Assembly (NCBI GenBank): GCA_958296285.1
Contig: OY282459.1
Coordinates: 258,367-322,366, forward strand
Origin: an uncultured Alphaproteobacteria bacterium
GTDB taxonomy: Bacteria; Pseudomonadota; Alphaproteobacteria; JAPOUT01; G958296285
Direction of reading: 5' to 3'
Length of the DNA: 64,000 nt
Each line of letters opens with the position of its first letter. Within the stretch, counting starts at the first letter, position 1. Both the position numbers and the translations under genes were made by a program. Below, piece after piece: positions 10,031 to 19,607 of the stretch. The notes beneath the pieces were generated by a model. That model made no database searches. It was not told the DNA's origin and worked only from the letters and a program-made list of their open reading frames with translations.

Positions 10031-10978
10031 CTATCGCCCTTCATCATCCAGATGAATCTCTATCCGAGCCTCCTCGCGCAGGCGATCCAAATAGGCGCGG
10101 AGCGCCTTGTCGTCTTGCGCCGTCCGCCAGCGCCGCCAGACCTCCTCCCGCGCCTCGTCAAAGGACGGAATCCGCGCCTCCTCCCGCGCGATCAGACGCA
10201 GGAAAATCCTGCCGCCATCCGCCGAAGGGTAAGGGCCGCCCAGTTCCGAAACCTTCAAGCGCTCCGCCGCCGCCGCCAAAGCGCCGCCCAAATAATGCCG
10301 CAGCGCCGAGAGAGGAAGAGGCGCGTCAGGAAGAGGAATGACGTCATCCCTCACGCCTGACCTCGCGTCAAGACGCCCCGCGTCAAGACGCCCCGCCGCC
10401 CCCGCGTCAAGACGCCTCGCCGCCTGCGCCCGCTCCAAATCCGCCAAAGACCAATCTTTCCCAGCCCCCTCCTTCCAATCTTCCGCCGAAAGGCGAAAGC
10501 GCCGAAGATGAAGTCTCGCCTCGCGGCGAAAAAGACCGCGATTCTCTTGATAAAAATCGCGCAACCCCTCTTCGGACAAATCCTCGCGGGAAGCCTCGCG
10601 CAGAATGAGCGCGATCATGCTGCGGACGATCGCCGCGCGAACCGCTCGGTCGGCGCGAAAGAGACCCAAACTCCGCGCGCGCTGCAGCAGCAGCTCCTCG
10701 TCCAAAAATCTCTCCAACAGACGCCGCTTCTCGCTCTTTGAGAGCCGGGTTCGTCTCGCCGCTTCTATCCCCTTGAGCGCCGCCTCATAGTCGGCGCGCG
10801 CGATCGCTCTGCCATTCACATGGGCGGCGGCGGAGGGGTTTTTGAGACGCGCCGCCAAACCCGCCGACCCGTCCAAACTTTGCCAAAAGGCGATGACGAT
10901 CCCGGCGAGAGCCGCCGCGCCGAAAAAGCCGGCGCGCCAAGCCTCGCTCTTTCGCAAAAGCCGCGGCAAAGACAGCAT
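10031..10978 (-). CDS. SurA N-terminal-domain-like periplasmic chaperone (hypothetical)
   Basis: N-terminal TM anchor then SurA_N/PpiD-like helical region. Contains the in-frame 15-bp tandem repeat (GRLDA units, DNA 10365-10430). 3-nt spacing to the HupE gene. Confidence 0.4.
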   Translation of the reverse strand: MLSLPRLLRKSEAWRAGFFGAAALAGIVIAFWQSLDGSAGLAARLKNPSAAAHVNGRAIARADYEAALKGIEAARRTRLSKSEKRRLLERFLDEELLLQRARSLGLFRADRAVRAAIVRSMIALILREASREDLSEEGLRDFYQENRGLFRREARLHLRRFRLSAEDWKEGAGKDWSLADLERAQAARRLDAGAAGRLDAGRLDARSGVRDDVIPLPDAPLPLSALRHYLGGALAAAAERLKVSELGGPYPSADGGRIFLRLIAREEARIPSFDEAREEVWRRWRTAQDDKALRAYLDRLREEARIEIHLDDEGR

Positions 10979-11108
10979 CGCTTCCCTCCTCCCTTTCCTC
11001 TAAAAAATGGCGCGGACTTGTTGATAAGCCCCGCCGCCGTGATATTATCTTATCGCGGCGGAGGCGCAAAGCCTCTGGCGCTCAAGGGAAGAAAGGAAGG
11101 AATCTATT

Positions 11109-13433
11109 ATGATGCGCAAAATAGGGATCGCTCTCTTTGCCGGGGCGGGTTGTGTCAGCATTTTTCTCTATGGGCTGGGCACGGGCTGGCTGGGCGCGCG
11201 GCGGGACGCCGGCGAGATCACGCCTAGAACGCGGCCTGCCGCCGTCCAAGCCGACTACGCGATCAGGCAGGACAGCGCGCGCGCCGCCGTCAAAGGCTCG
11301 GAGAAGCAAATCCTCTTCGGCGATTTCCATGTCCATACGACCTTCTCGTGGGACGCCTTTCTGATCTCGCTGCCGATGCTGGGCGGCGAAGGCGCGCATC
11401 CTCCGGCGGACGCCTGCGATTTCGCGCGATTCTGCTCGGCGCTGGATTTCTGGTCCATCAACGATCACGCCGAGGGCTTGACCCCCTTCCAATGGCAGGA
11501 GACGCGCGAGAGCATCCGACAATGCGACGCGCTTGCCGGCGACCCCGAAGATCAAGATCTCGTCTCCTTCTTGGGCTGGGAATGGACGCAGGTCGGGAGA
11601 GAGCGCGAGAATCATTACGGACATAAAAACGTGATCCTCCGCGACATTGACGATCGCAAAACGCCGCCGCGCCCGATCGCCTCGGCTAGAGACGGTCTGG
11701 CGATGAACCCGCCTCTCTCCTCGCGGATTCAGCTGGGACTCTTCGCGCCGCAAGGCAGACGGCAGGACTATTTGGATTTCGCCCGCTTCACGCAAGATCG
11801 CGTGACGCTCAAAAAATGCCCGCAAGGCGTTCATGTCCGCGCGCTGCCTGCCGATTGCGAGGAAATTGCCGCCACGCCCGGACTCCTCTATCGCAAACTC
11901 CGCGAATGGGGCTATCCCGCCCTCGTCATCCCGCATGGCACGAGCTGGGGATTCTACACGCCGCAGGGATCCACCTTTGACAAGCAGCTGACCGAAAGAC
12001 AGAACGATCCAGGCTTGCAGACTCTGATTGAAGTCTTTTCGGGACACGGCAATAGCGAGCAATATCGGGACTGGCGCGCCGTCCGTCTGGATGAGGAGGG
12101 CAAGCCCTATTGTCCGAAGCCCAGCGCCGACTATCTGCCCTCCTGCTGGCGCGCCGGAGAGATCATCCGCGCCAGATGCCTGAAGGAAGGCGCGAGCGAG
12201 GAGACCTGCGAAGAGCGCGCCCTCCAAGCGCGGCAATATTACGCCGAAGCGCCCTCCGTGACAGGCTTTCTCGCCATTCCGGGCAGCGACCCCTATGACT
12301 GGCTGGACGCAGGACAATGCCGCGACTGCTATCTCCCGGCTTTCAACTATCGCCCCGGCAGTTCGGTTCAATATACGCTGGCGATCGGAAATTTTGACGA
12401 TCCCGAAAATCCGAAATATTTTCGCTTCGGCTTCATCGGCTCCAGCGACAACCACAAGGCGCGGGCAGGCACAGGCTATAAAGAGTTCGCCCGACAGCAA
12501 ATGACCGAAGCCACGGGCGCCCTTCAGCCGGGAAGCCCTCTTGATCCGATCTTGCGCCGAGAACCCGCCGCCGCCGCGGCGCGCCCGATGGATGACGCGG
12601 CGATAGAGGGACGCGCCAATTTTGATCTCTTGGAAACGGAGCGCAACGGCTCTTTCTTCACGACAGGCGGGCTGGTCGCCGTCCATTCCGGAGGGCGGAA
12701 CAGGCGCGCCATCTGGGACGCCCTAGAGCGCCGCGAAGTCTATGGCACATCGGGCGAGAGAATCCTCCTCTGGTTTGATCTGGAAAACGCGCCGGAGGGA
12801 AAACTCCCAATGGGATCCGAAACCGAAATGGACGCCGCCCCCCGCTTCGCCGTCCGCGCGCTGGGCGCTTTCAAGCAGAAGCCCGGCTGCCCCGATCATG
12901 TCCATGACGCGCTGGGAGACGCGCGGGTGCAGAAAATCTGCCTCGGCGAATGCTACAACCCCTCCGATGAGCGCAAGCGAATCACCCATATTGAGATCAT
13001 CCGAATCACGCCGCAAACCCAAAAAGACGAGCCGATCGCCCCGCTGATCCAAGATGTCTGGAAGCGCATCCCCTGTCCGAAGGAGGGGGAGGGATGCGTC
13101 GCGCAATTCTCCGATCCCGATTTCGTCCGCGGCGGCAGGCGGACAGTCTATTACGCCCGCGCCGTGCAGGAAGAAGCCCCCGTCGTCAATGCCGCGCAGC
13201 TCAGATGCTCCTTTAACGCCGAAGGCGCGTGCGTCTCGGTCAATCCCTGCTACGGCGATTATCGCACGCCCTATCAGGACGACTGTCTCGCCAACGCGCC
13301 GGAAATGGCATGGTCGTCCCCCATCTATATCGGCTATAAGAAGGGCTTGCGCGGGACGCGACCGGCGCCGGCGGCGCGGACGCCCGCGCCGCGAGCGCCG
13401 CAGACGCCGGCGTCTCAGACGCCCGCGCCATAA
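11109..13433 (+). CDS. DUF3604 domain-containing secreted protein (PHP-like fold)
   Basis: Signal peptide. Hallmark DUF3604 motif FGDFHVHTTFSWDAF and ...DFWSINDHAEG. ~770 aa. Ala/Pro-rich C-terminal tail. Confidence 0.7.
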   Translation: MMRKIGIALFAGAGCVSIFLYGLGTGWLGARRDAGEITPRTRPAAVQADYAIRQDSARAAVKGSEKQILFGDFHVHTTFSWDAFLISLPMLGGEGAHPPADACDFARFCSALDFWSINDHAEGLTPFQWQETRESIRQCDALAGDPEDQDLVSFLGWEWTQVGRERENHYGHKNVILRDIDDRKTPPRPIASARDGLAMNPPLSSRIQLGLFAPQGRRQDYLDFARFTQDRVTLKKCPQGVHVRALPADCEEIAATPGLLYRKLREWGYPALVIPHGTSWGFYTPQGSTFDKQLTERQNDPGLQTLIEVFSGHGNSEQYRDWRAVRLDEEGKPYCPKPSADYLPSCWRAGEIIRARCLKEGASEETCEERALQARQYYAEAPSVTGFLAIPGSDPYDWLDAGQCRDCYLPAFNYRPGSSVQYTLAIGNFDDPENPKYFRFGFIGSSDNHKARAGTGYKEFARQQMTEATGALQPGSPLDPILRREPAAAAARPMDDAAIEGRANFDLLETERNGSFFTTGGLVAVHSGGRNRRAIWDALERREVYGTSGERILLWFDLENAPEGKLPMGSETEMDAAPRFAVRALGAFKQKPGCPDHVHDALGDARVQKICLGECYNPSDERKRITHIEIIRITPQTQKDEPIAPLIQDVWKRIPCPKEGEGCVAQFSDPDFVRGGRRTVYYARAVQEEAPVVNAAQLRCSFNAEGACVSVNPCYGDYRTPYQDDCLANAPEMAWSSPIYIGYKKGLRGTRPAPAARTPAPRAPQTPASQTPAP

Positions 13434-13449
13434 CCGCGCCCTTAAGAAT

Positions 13450-13523
13450 GCGGGTGTAGCTCAGGGGCAGAGCACGAGCTTCCCAAGCTCGGTGTCGAGG
13501 GTTCGATTCCCTTCACCCGCTCA
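13450..13523 (+). tRNA. tRNA-Gly (anticodon CCC)
   Basis: Cloverleaf readable directly: acceptor GCGGGTG/CACCCGC, D-arm TAGCTCAGGGGCAGAGCA, anticodon stem-loop CGAGC-TTCCCAA-GCTCG, T-arm GGGTTCGATTCCC. Confidence 0.85.
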
Positions 13524-14963
13524 CTGGGCGCTTCGGAGAAGCATCAGGCGGATTTCGGTCATGTCCTCCATCGCGAAGCGCACGCCCTCGCGCCCCAGAC
13601 CCGAATCCTTCACGCCGCCATAGGGCATCGCATCCACCCGATAGGACGGCACATCCCCAATCACCACGCCCCCGACCTCCAAGCGATCCCAGGCTCTATG
13701 CGCTTTGTGAATGTCGCGCGTGAAAATCCCCGCCTGCAGACCAAAAGCGCTGTCATTGATCTCATTGAGCGCCGCGTCAAAATCGGAAAAGGAGGAGAGA
13801 ACCGCCACGGGCCCAAAAGCCTCCTCGCGCATCAGAGAGCAGGACTTCGGAACTTTTTCCATCAGGGTCGCCGCCAGCATGACTCCCTGCCGCGTCCCCC
13901 CGCAGAGAATATGCCCGCCTTCGGCTTTCGCCTCTTGAATCCAAGATTCCACGCGGCGCGCCTCCTTTTCCGAAATCATCGGCCCGATGAAGGTGTCCTC
14001 CTCTTTCGGATCGCCTATTTTAAGTTTTTGGGTCGCCTCGCGGAGTCTGTCGCGGAAAGGGTCGTAGAGTTTCTCGTGGATCAGGATTCTTTGAACGCCG
14101 ATGCAGCTCTGCCCCGACTGATAAAAAGCGCCGAAGACAACTCGCGCCACCGCCTCCTCTATTTGGGCGTCCTCGTCTATGAGGCATGCCGCGTTGCCGC
14201 CCAGTTCCAAGACGACCTTCTTTTTTCCGGCGCGCGCTTTCAGCGCCCAGCCCACTTTCGGCGAGCCTGTGAAACTGAGCAGTTTTAAGCGCTCATCCTC
14301 CGTGAAAAGACGCGCCCCCTCTCTGGCGCAGGGCAGGACGGAAAACGCGCCTTCCGGCAGATCGGTCTCGGACAGAATCTCGGCAATCATCAAAGCGCCG
14401 ATCGGCGTCAGACTGGCCGGCTTCAGAATGAAGGGGCAGCCGCAGGCAATCGCCGGCGCGACCTTATGCGCCACCAGATTCAAAGGAAAATTAAAAGGCG
14501 AGACAAAAGAGCAGGGGCCTATCGGCACGCGCTTCCACTGCCCGCGATAGCCTCTCGCTCTCGCCGAAATGTCCAAAGGCTGAACTTCGCCGATCATCCG
14601 CTCGGCTTCGCCGGCGGCGATGCGGAAGGTGTCAATCAGGCGCATGACTTCGCCTTTGGAGTCGCGGATGGGCTTCCCCGCTTCAATCGTCAGCGCGGCG
14701 GCAAATTCCGAAAAGCGCTCCTCAAAACGGCGGACGCAATGTTCCAGCGCCTCGCGTCTTTCATAGGAGGCGAGCGCCGCCATCGGCTTCGCCGCTTTGA
14801 GGCACGCCGCGATCGCCCGATCAATCGCCGCTTCGTCCGCCAAAGCCGCCCGCGCCGCCTCTTCGCCTGTATATTTGTCGCGCACGACAAGATCGCGGTT
14901 CGGCGCTTCGGGCTTGCCTGCCAGATAATAGGGGTAATCCTTTTTGGAGAGAGCCATCGTCAT
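13521..14963 (-). CDS. NAD(P)-dependent aldehyde dehydrogenase family protein
   Basis: ALDH family fold. Conserved catalytic Cys region (FYQSGQSCIGVQRILIHE) and glycine motif GSPKVGW. 4-nt overlap with the upstream TPP enzyme gene (operon). Confidence 0.9.
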   Translation of the reverse strand: MTMALSKKDYPYYLAGKPEAPNRDLVVRDKYTGEEAARAALADEAAIDRAIAACLKAAKPMAALASYERREALEHCVRRFEERFSEFAAALTIEAGKPIRDSKGEVMRLIDTFRIAAGEAERMIGEVQPLDISARARGYRGQWKRVPIGPCSFVSPFNFPLNLVAHKVAPAIACGCPFILKPASLTPIGALMIAEILSETDLPEGAFSVLPCAREGARLFTEDERLKLLSFTGSPKVGWALKARAGKKKVVLELGGNAACLIDEDAQIEEAVARVVFGAFYQSGQSCIGVQRILIHEKLYDPFRDRLREATQKLKIGDPKEEDTFIGPMISEKEARRVESWIQEAKAEGGHILCGGTRQGVMLAATLMEKVPKSCSLMREEAFGPVAVLSSFSDFDAALNEINDSAFGLQAGIFTRDIHKAHRAWDRLEVGGVVIGDVPSYRVDAMPYGGVKDSGLGREGVRFAMEDMTEIRLMLLRSAQ

Positions 14964-16612
14964 AATTGCATAGCAATCTTTCCCAAGCGCTCCGTCAAGA
15001 GCCTGTTTTCGCGATAGTCAATCGGAATGACGAGGAGCGACGGCCCTTGATGGGCGAGCGCGGCTTCCAAGGAGGGCAGCAGATCGCGCGAGCGGCTCAC
15101 ATAAGAGCCGCGCCAGCCGAAACTCTTCGCCAAATCCAGCCAGTCGGGATTGCCGAAGGAGAGATCGGTATGTTTTCCGAAATGCCCCTCCTGCTTCCAC
15201 GCGATGAGGCCATATTGCTTGTCCTCCCAAACCATGATCGTGATGTCGGCGTTCAAGCGCCTTGCCGTTTCCATCTCTTGGACGTTCATCAGAAAGTCGC
15301 CGTCTCCGGCGATTCCCAAGATTTTCCGATCCGGATGCACCATATGCGCCGCGATCGCGCCCGGCAGAGGCATCCCCATTGAGCAGAAGCCGTTTGGAAT
15401 GAGGCACGTATTGGGCTGGTGGCAGTGATAATAGCGCGCGATCCACATTTTATGCGCGCCCACGCCGGAGATCAGAATGTCGTCCATGTCCAGAGCCTGC
15501 CTCGCGTCATGGAGCGCTTTTTGCGGACGAATCGCGCCTTCGGTGTCGTCATCGGCATATTCGGCGAAGTCGGCGATCATGCGCTCTCGGATTTTCGCTT
15601 GGGCGGTCAGATCGTAAGAGGCTCGCTTTTCGCCGCGCATCGCCGCCATCAATTTTCTCAGAGAGAGCGCGATGTCGCCAATCAGTTCCGTCTGCGGATG
15701 GTAATGCTCGTCTATCTCGGCGGGCAGGAAGTCTATATGGAGGATTTCCTTGTCGGAATTCGGATTCCAAAGTTTCGGCGGATATTCCACAAGATCATAG
15801 CCGATCGCGAGAACCAAATCGGAATCGTCTATGGCGAGCGACGGTATGTCCTTCTGCCCCAGTCCGATCGTGAAGAGGCAATAGGGGGCGTCCTTATCCA
15901 CCGCGCCCTTCCCCATGAAGCTGGACATGACGCCGATGCCGGTCTCGGCGCATAGTTTGCGAAGTTCGCGCGAGGCGCGGCGGCGAATCGTTCCGTTGCC
16001 GGCGATGATGATCGGCGTCTTGGCTTCGGCGAGTTTTTGCGCCGCTTCTTGGATCGCGACGGCGTCCGGTTCGGGGCGGCGGAAGCGTCTGGGCGTCATT
16101 GGCGCGGCGTCCGTTTCCATTTTGGCGATGTCTTCCGGCAGTTCAATCAAGACCGCGCCCGGCTTCTCCGCCCGCGACAAGCGCACGGCTTTGCGGACAA
16201 TTTCGGGCAGCGTATGGGGATGAATGACTGAGACCGACCATTTCGTGACGGGACGATACATGGCGACCACATCCATGATTTGGTGGCTTTCTTTATGCTG
16301 CCGCGTTGTCGCGCCTTGTCCTGTGAGGACGAGGATTGGCGCTCTGTCCATATTGGCGTCCGCGACTCCGGTGATGAGGTTGGCGGCGCCGGGGCCGAGC
16401 GTGCCGAGGCATCCTGCCGGCGTTCCTGTGAGGCGTCCATAGACTTCCGCCATGAAGGCTGCGCCTTGTTCGTGGCGCGTCAGGATGAAGCGGATTTTTT
16501 TGGATGCTTCAAGCGACATGATGAAGTCGGCGTTTTCCTCGCCTGGGACGCCGAAAATATGGGTGATGCCTTCTTCTTCTAGGCATTGGACGAAGAGATC
16601 GGAGGCTTTCAT
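14960..16612 (-). CDS. thiamine-pyrophosphate-dependent enzyme, acetolactate-synthase-large-subunit-like
   Basis: N-terminal TPP-enzyme Pyr domain (GITHIFGVPGEENADF...GPGAANLITGVADANMDRAPILVLTGQ). C-terminal PP-binding GDGDFLMN motif. 550 aa. Confidence 0.85.
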   Translation of the reverse strand: MKASDLFVQCLEEEGITHIFGVPGEENADFIMSLEASKKIRFILTRHEQGAAFMAEVYGRLTGTPAGCLGTLGPGAANLITGVADANMDRAPILVLTGQGATTRQHKESHQIMDVVAMYRPVTKWSVSVIHPHTLPEIVRKAVRLSRAEKPGAVLIELPEDIAKMETDAAPMTPRRFRRPEPDAVAIQEAAQKLAEAKTPIIIAGNGTIRRRASRELRKLCAETGIGVMSSFMGKGAVDKDAPYCLFTIGLGQKDIPSLAIDDSDLVLAIGYDLVEYPPKLWNPNSDKEILHIDFLPAEIDEHYHPQTELIGDIALSLRKLMAAMRGEKRASYDLTAQAKIRERMIADFAEYADDDTEGAIRPQKALHDARQALDMDDILISGVGAHKMWIARYYHCHQPNTCLIPNGFCSMGMPLPGAIAAHMVHPDRKILGIAGDGDFLMNVQEMETARRLNADITIMVWEDKQYGLIAWKQEGHFGKHTDLSFGNPDWLDLAKSFGWRGSYVSRSRDLLPSLEAALAHQGPSLLVIPIDYRENRLLTERLGKIAMQL

Positions 16613-16719
16613 GGGGTTCTCCTTATTGAGGTTATCGTTTTGCGTTCCCTGACCCCATTGGGAGGATTATAGCGGGGATTTCTTTTGTTTGCTAGCGGGG
16701 GATTGGGGTCGCTGCCGCG

Positions 16720-17035
16720 CTCCCGTGAAGGGGGGTGTGGGGGGCGAAGCCCCCCGCGAAAAGGGGGTTCGGGGGAAACCCCCGAATAGTCGGCGGGCGT
16801 GGCGAAACGAAGCGCACGAAGCGCGTAGCGCAAGTGCGCGAGAAAGCCCGCCGACCCCCCTGCTTACAAGAGCTCTTGGCGTTCAGGGGGCGCGTGGGTG
16901 GGTCGCATTTGCTCGCTCACGCTTCGCTCCGCTCGCAAATGCTTTTTTCCCACCCACCCACGCGTTTCGGGGGGATTCCCCCCGACCCCCCCCTTCTTCG
17001 CGGGGGGCGTTCCGCCCCCCACACCCCCCTTCACT
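16720..17035. repeat. palindromic G6/C6-run repeat element, copy 1 (forward orientation)
   Basis: Left arm GTGAAGGGGGGTGTGGGGGGCGAAGCCCCCC..GGGGGAAACCCCC. Core TAGTCGGCGGGCGTGGCGAAACGAAGC...GAGCTCTTG...GCGCGTGGGTGGGTCGCATTTGC...GCAAATGCTTTTTTCCCACCCACCCACGCG. Right arm is the inverted complement of the left. Intergenic. Confidence 0.85.
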
Positions 17036-17051
17036 GGAGCGCCGCCCCCCT

Positions 17052-18650
17052 CTACGCAAAACCATGCTCCGTCTTATCCCAATAATGCGGATCACGGAAA
17101 AACTGCCAAAAAGCCCGAAACACCGCCACCGCCGACAAAATCCAATAAAACGGCATGGAAAAACTCTCGCGCCACAAAACACAACCCCGCGAGCCGCTCG
17201 CCAAAAGCGCCGCCCCTATCGCCGCCCCATAACCCAAAACCCCCGCCAACAAATTAAAGAAAAGCAAAGACCCCATCCATGACGCGCCAACATGAACCTC
17301 CAAAACCCACAAAAACGCCGTCAAAGGCCAAAAAAGACCATGCGCAAGAATGTTCACGACATAAACCGGAATCAAAAGATGCAGATAAAAACGCGCCGCC
17401 CATGAAACAGGCAAACCCCGGCGAGGCTGCCGCATGGCGGAAGCATAGCTCTGCATCCATCCTTTGATCCAACGCGAGCGCTGTCTTATCCATGAGCCGA
17501 GCGCGCCGTTCGCCTCCTCCCGCGTCTCCGATTCAAAACACGCCGCGCGAAAGCCATGACGCGCCAACCGCAAACCCAATTCGGCGTCTTCAGTCACATT
17601 GTAAGAATCCCAGCCATGCATCGCCCGCAGAGCCTCTATGCGGAAATGATTGGACGTCCCGCCCAACAAAATCGGCAAGCCCAGCGAAGAGGCGAAAGGC
17701 AGAAAAAAACGAAAATGCATCAGATATTCCAACGCGAACTGCCGCGTCAGCCATGTCGCGCCCCCATTGAAAAAAGAAAGATGCGCCTGAAGCGCCACAA
17801 CATCAGCAGGAAGATGACGGAAATGCGCCGCCGCTTTCCGCAACTGCCGCGGATCAGGAATGTCTTCGGCGTCATAGATCGTGATCAAATCGCCGCGCGC
17901 GAAAAGGAGACCATAATTGCAAGCCTTCGGCTTCGTCTGAACTTCATGAGACGGCACGATCAGAATATGAAAGCGCTTGTCCAGCGCCTCTCCTCGGACG
18001 GCTTGGATCGTCTCGGCATCCTCCTCTTCCAGCAGGAGTTTGATGTCCAGCTTATGGCGGGGATAGTCTATGCGCTTCAGCGCGCGAATGAGATTGGGCA
18101 GGACGCGAGTCTCGCGGAAGAGGGGAACGAGAATCGTATAGACAGGAAGCGCCTCGTCTTTAAGGGGCGGCGCCGGCGGCGCGAAGCCTCGCCGCCGCCT
18201 CTTCTCTCCGAAGACAGACCACAGAACGAGACCCTGCCGAAAGAGAATCCCCAAAAGACTCACCGTCCCAATGGCGAGGTTCAAAAAGATGAAAGATGTT
18301 TTCGGCGACAGAAGCGCTCCGACAAAGCAGCAGAGAAGAAGAATCATCGCGCCGCCGAAAATTTTCCTCACCGGCAGATGCGCCGCCGACGAGGGCGGGT
18401 CTTCTTCCGCCAAGCCCCGCACCGCCCGCGACAGCAGAGAGGCGCGGCAATGGCGCTCTATCGTCTGATAGAGCGAGGCGCGATCTATCGGAACGATTCT
18501 GCCATGTTGGACGCCCCGCTTTTTCATCTCGGCGGCGGCGAGAGACGGATCGCAAGCGGCGTAGTCCATTCTCTTCGGCGCGTCTTTGGCGCGCCCTATC
18601 GGCATGGCTTCGGCGGCGAGATAGAAGGAGAAATTTTCTGTCTCCAACAT
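17052..18650 (-). CDS. glycosyltransferase family 2 membrane protein (processive-synthase-like: N-terminal TM, GT2 domain, C-terminal multi-TM)
   Basis: GT-A DxD region (ITIYDAEDIPD) and QxxRW-like segment (RQRSRWIKGW), flanked by TM helices. 532 aa. Confidence 0.75.
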   Translation of the reverse strand: MLETENFSFYLAAEAMPIGRAKDAPKRMDYAACDPSLAAAEMKKRGVQHGRIVPIDRASLYQTIERHCRASLLSRAVRGLAEEDPPSSAAHLPVRKIFGGAMILLLCCFVGALLSPKTSFIFLNLAIGTVSLLGILFRQGLVLWSVFGEKRRRRGFAPPAPPLKDEALPVYTILVPLFRETRVLPNLIRALKRIDYPRHKLDIKLLLEEEDAETIQAVRGEALDKRFHILIVPSHEVQTKPKACNYGLLFARGDLITIYDAEDIPDPRQLRKAAAHFRHLPADVVALQAHLSFFNGGATWLTRQFALEYLMHFRFFLPFASSLGLPILLGGTSNHFRIEALRAMHGWDSYNVTEDAELGLRLARHGFRAACFESETREEANGALGSWIRQRSRWIKGWMQSYASAMRQPRRGLPVSWAARFYLHLLIPVYVVNILAHGLFWPLTAFLWVLEVHVGASWMGSLLFFNLLAGVLGYGAAIGAALLASGSRGCVLWRESFSMPFYWILSAVAVFRAFWQFFRDPHYWDKTEHGFA

Positions 18651-18734
18651 AAGCGTCCTCCCCGAATCGCTTAGAGGTTGGAGAATTATACCTATATCTA
18701 GCTGTTTTTCCGAAAAATCGCCTAGATATGGATT

Positions 18735-19607
18735 TTATCTTTTGGCGAAGAGGAGACGTGTCAGGAAGGGGAGTTGGAGGATCCAGAGGAGGCGGGTTGT
18801 GTCGGCGGGTTTGCAGGGCGGGAGTCCGAGCGTCAGCGTTTTTTGGGGTTTGTCGGTGTAGGTTCGGAAGATTCTGTCCCAGAGGGAGAGGATGAAGCCG
18901 AAATTTGTGTCGCGCTCGCCTTGGCGGATGGAGTGGTGCGTGCGGTGCATATCGGGCGTGACGAGGATGGCGCGGATGTATTTTTCGTAAGGCTTTTTGA
19001 TGGAGGCGTTGGCGTGGTTGAAGATCGCCATGCTGGAGAGCAGGATTTCAAAGATCATGACGCCGTAGGCGGCGGCGCCCAGCGCGTAGACGGCTGTGAT
19101 TTTGATTCCCATGCTGAGGAGGATTTCTATTGGGTGGAATCGCAGCGCGCTGGATGCGTCTATATCGGGGTCTGTGTGGTGGGCGGCGTGGATTCGCCAG
19201 AGCGCGGGGATTTTATGGAGGAGGGCGTGTTGGGCGTAGATGAGGAGGTCTAGGGCGAGGATTGTGATGAGGATGGAGAGGGCGTGGGGGAGTTTGGTTT
19301 GGTTGAGGAGTCCGATGGTGTTTTGTTGGGCGTGGATGGCGGTTTCTAGGGCGAGGATTGGGACGAGGAGTCGGAGGAGGATCATGTTGCAGAAGCCGAG
19401 TCCGAGGTTGACGGCGAGGCGTTTTTTGAGATTGAGGATGAGGGCTCTTGCTGGGGCGTGGTGTTCCCAGAGCATGATGATTGCGAGGGTTATGATGAAG
19501 ATGGCGCTTCGGATGATGGGTTCATATTCGGTCATGGGGCATTTTATATTTGTGAAAGCTCCAAAAGAAAGGGGGGTTTGGGGGGCTAGCCCCCCAAAAA
19601 AAACCAA
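18735..19607 (-). CDS. sterol desaturase / fatty-acid hydroxylase superfamily membrane protein
   Basis: His boxes HAAHHTD and HRTHHS with multiple TM helices. 290 aa. Confidence 0.8.
   Translation of the reverse strand: MVFFGGLAPQTPLSFGAFTNIKCPMTEYEPIIRSAIFIITLAIIMLWEHHAPARALILNLKKRLAVNLGLGFCNMILLRLLVPILALETAIHAQQNTIGLLNQTKLPHALSILITILALDLLIYAQHALLHKIPALWRIHAAHHTDPDIDASSALRFHPIEILLSMGIKITAVYALGAAAYGVMIFEILLSSMAIFNHANASIKKPYEKYIRAILVTPDMHRTHHSIRQGERDTNFGFILSLWDRIFRTYTDKPQKTLTLGLPPCKPADTTRLLWILQLPFLTRLLFAKR

Noticed and set aside
11082-12686. 534-aa minus-strand ORF, and similar long ORFs (26594-28024 -, 25025-26458 -, 33684-34940 -, 29155-30483 -, 35183-36727 +, 62203-63786 +)
   Set aside because: All are antisense to genes with clear family signatures (DUF3604, ptsP, lysC, clpB, prfA, M23 peptidase, ACAD). 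Their translations are Arg/Pro/Gly-rich with no motifs. They are explained by GC richness and by the stop-codon depletion of the skewed blocks.
16689-17282. Short and medium ORFs inside the repeat elements (e.g. 16689-17282 +, 19637-19900 +, 30278-30673 -, 34444-35331 -, 41276-41662 +, 58227-58563 +)
   Set aside because: They lie within the palindromic repeat copies, occur on both strands, and encode the same G/P/R-rich junk (..GGFPPDPP.. or ..KRSGRSRRQAREKARRPP..). They are products of the repeat sequence, not genes.
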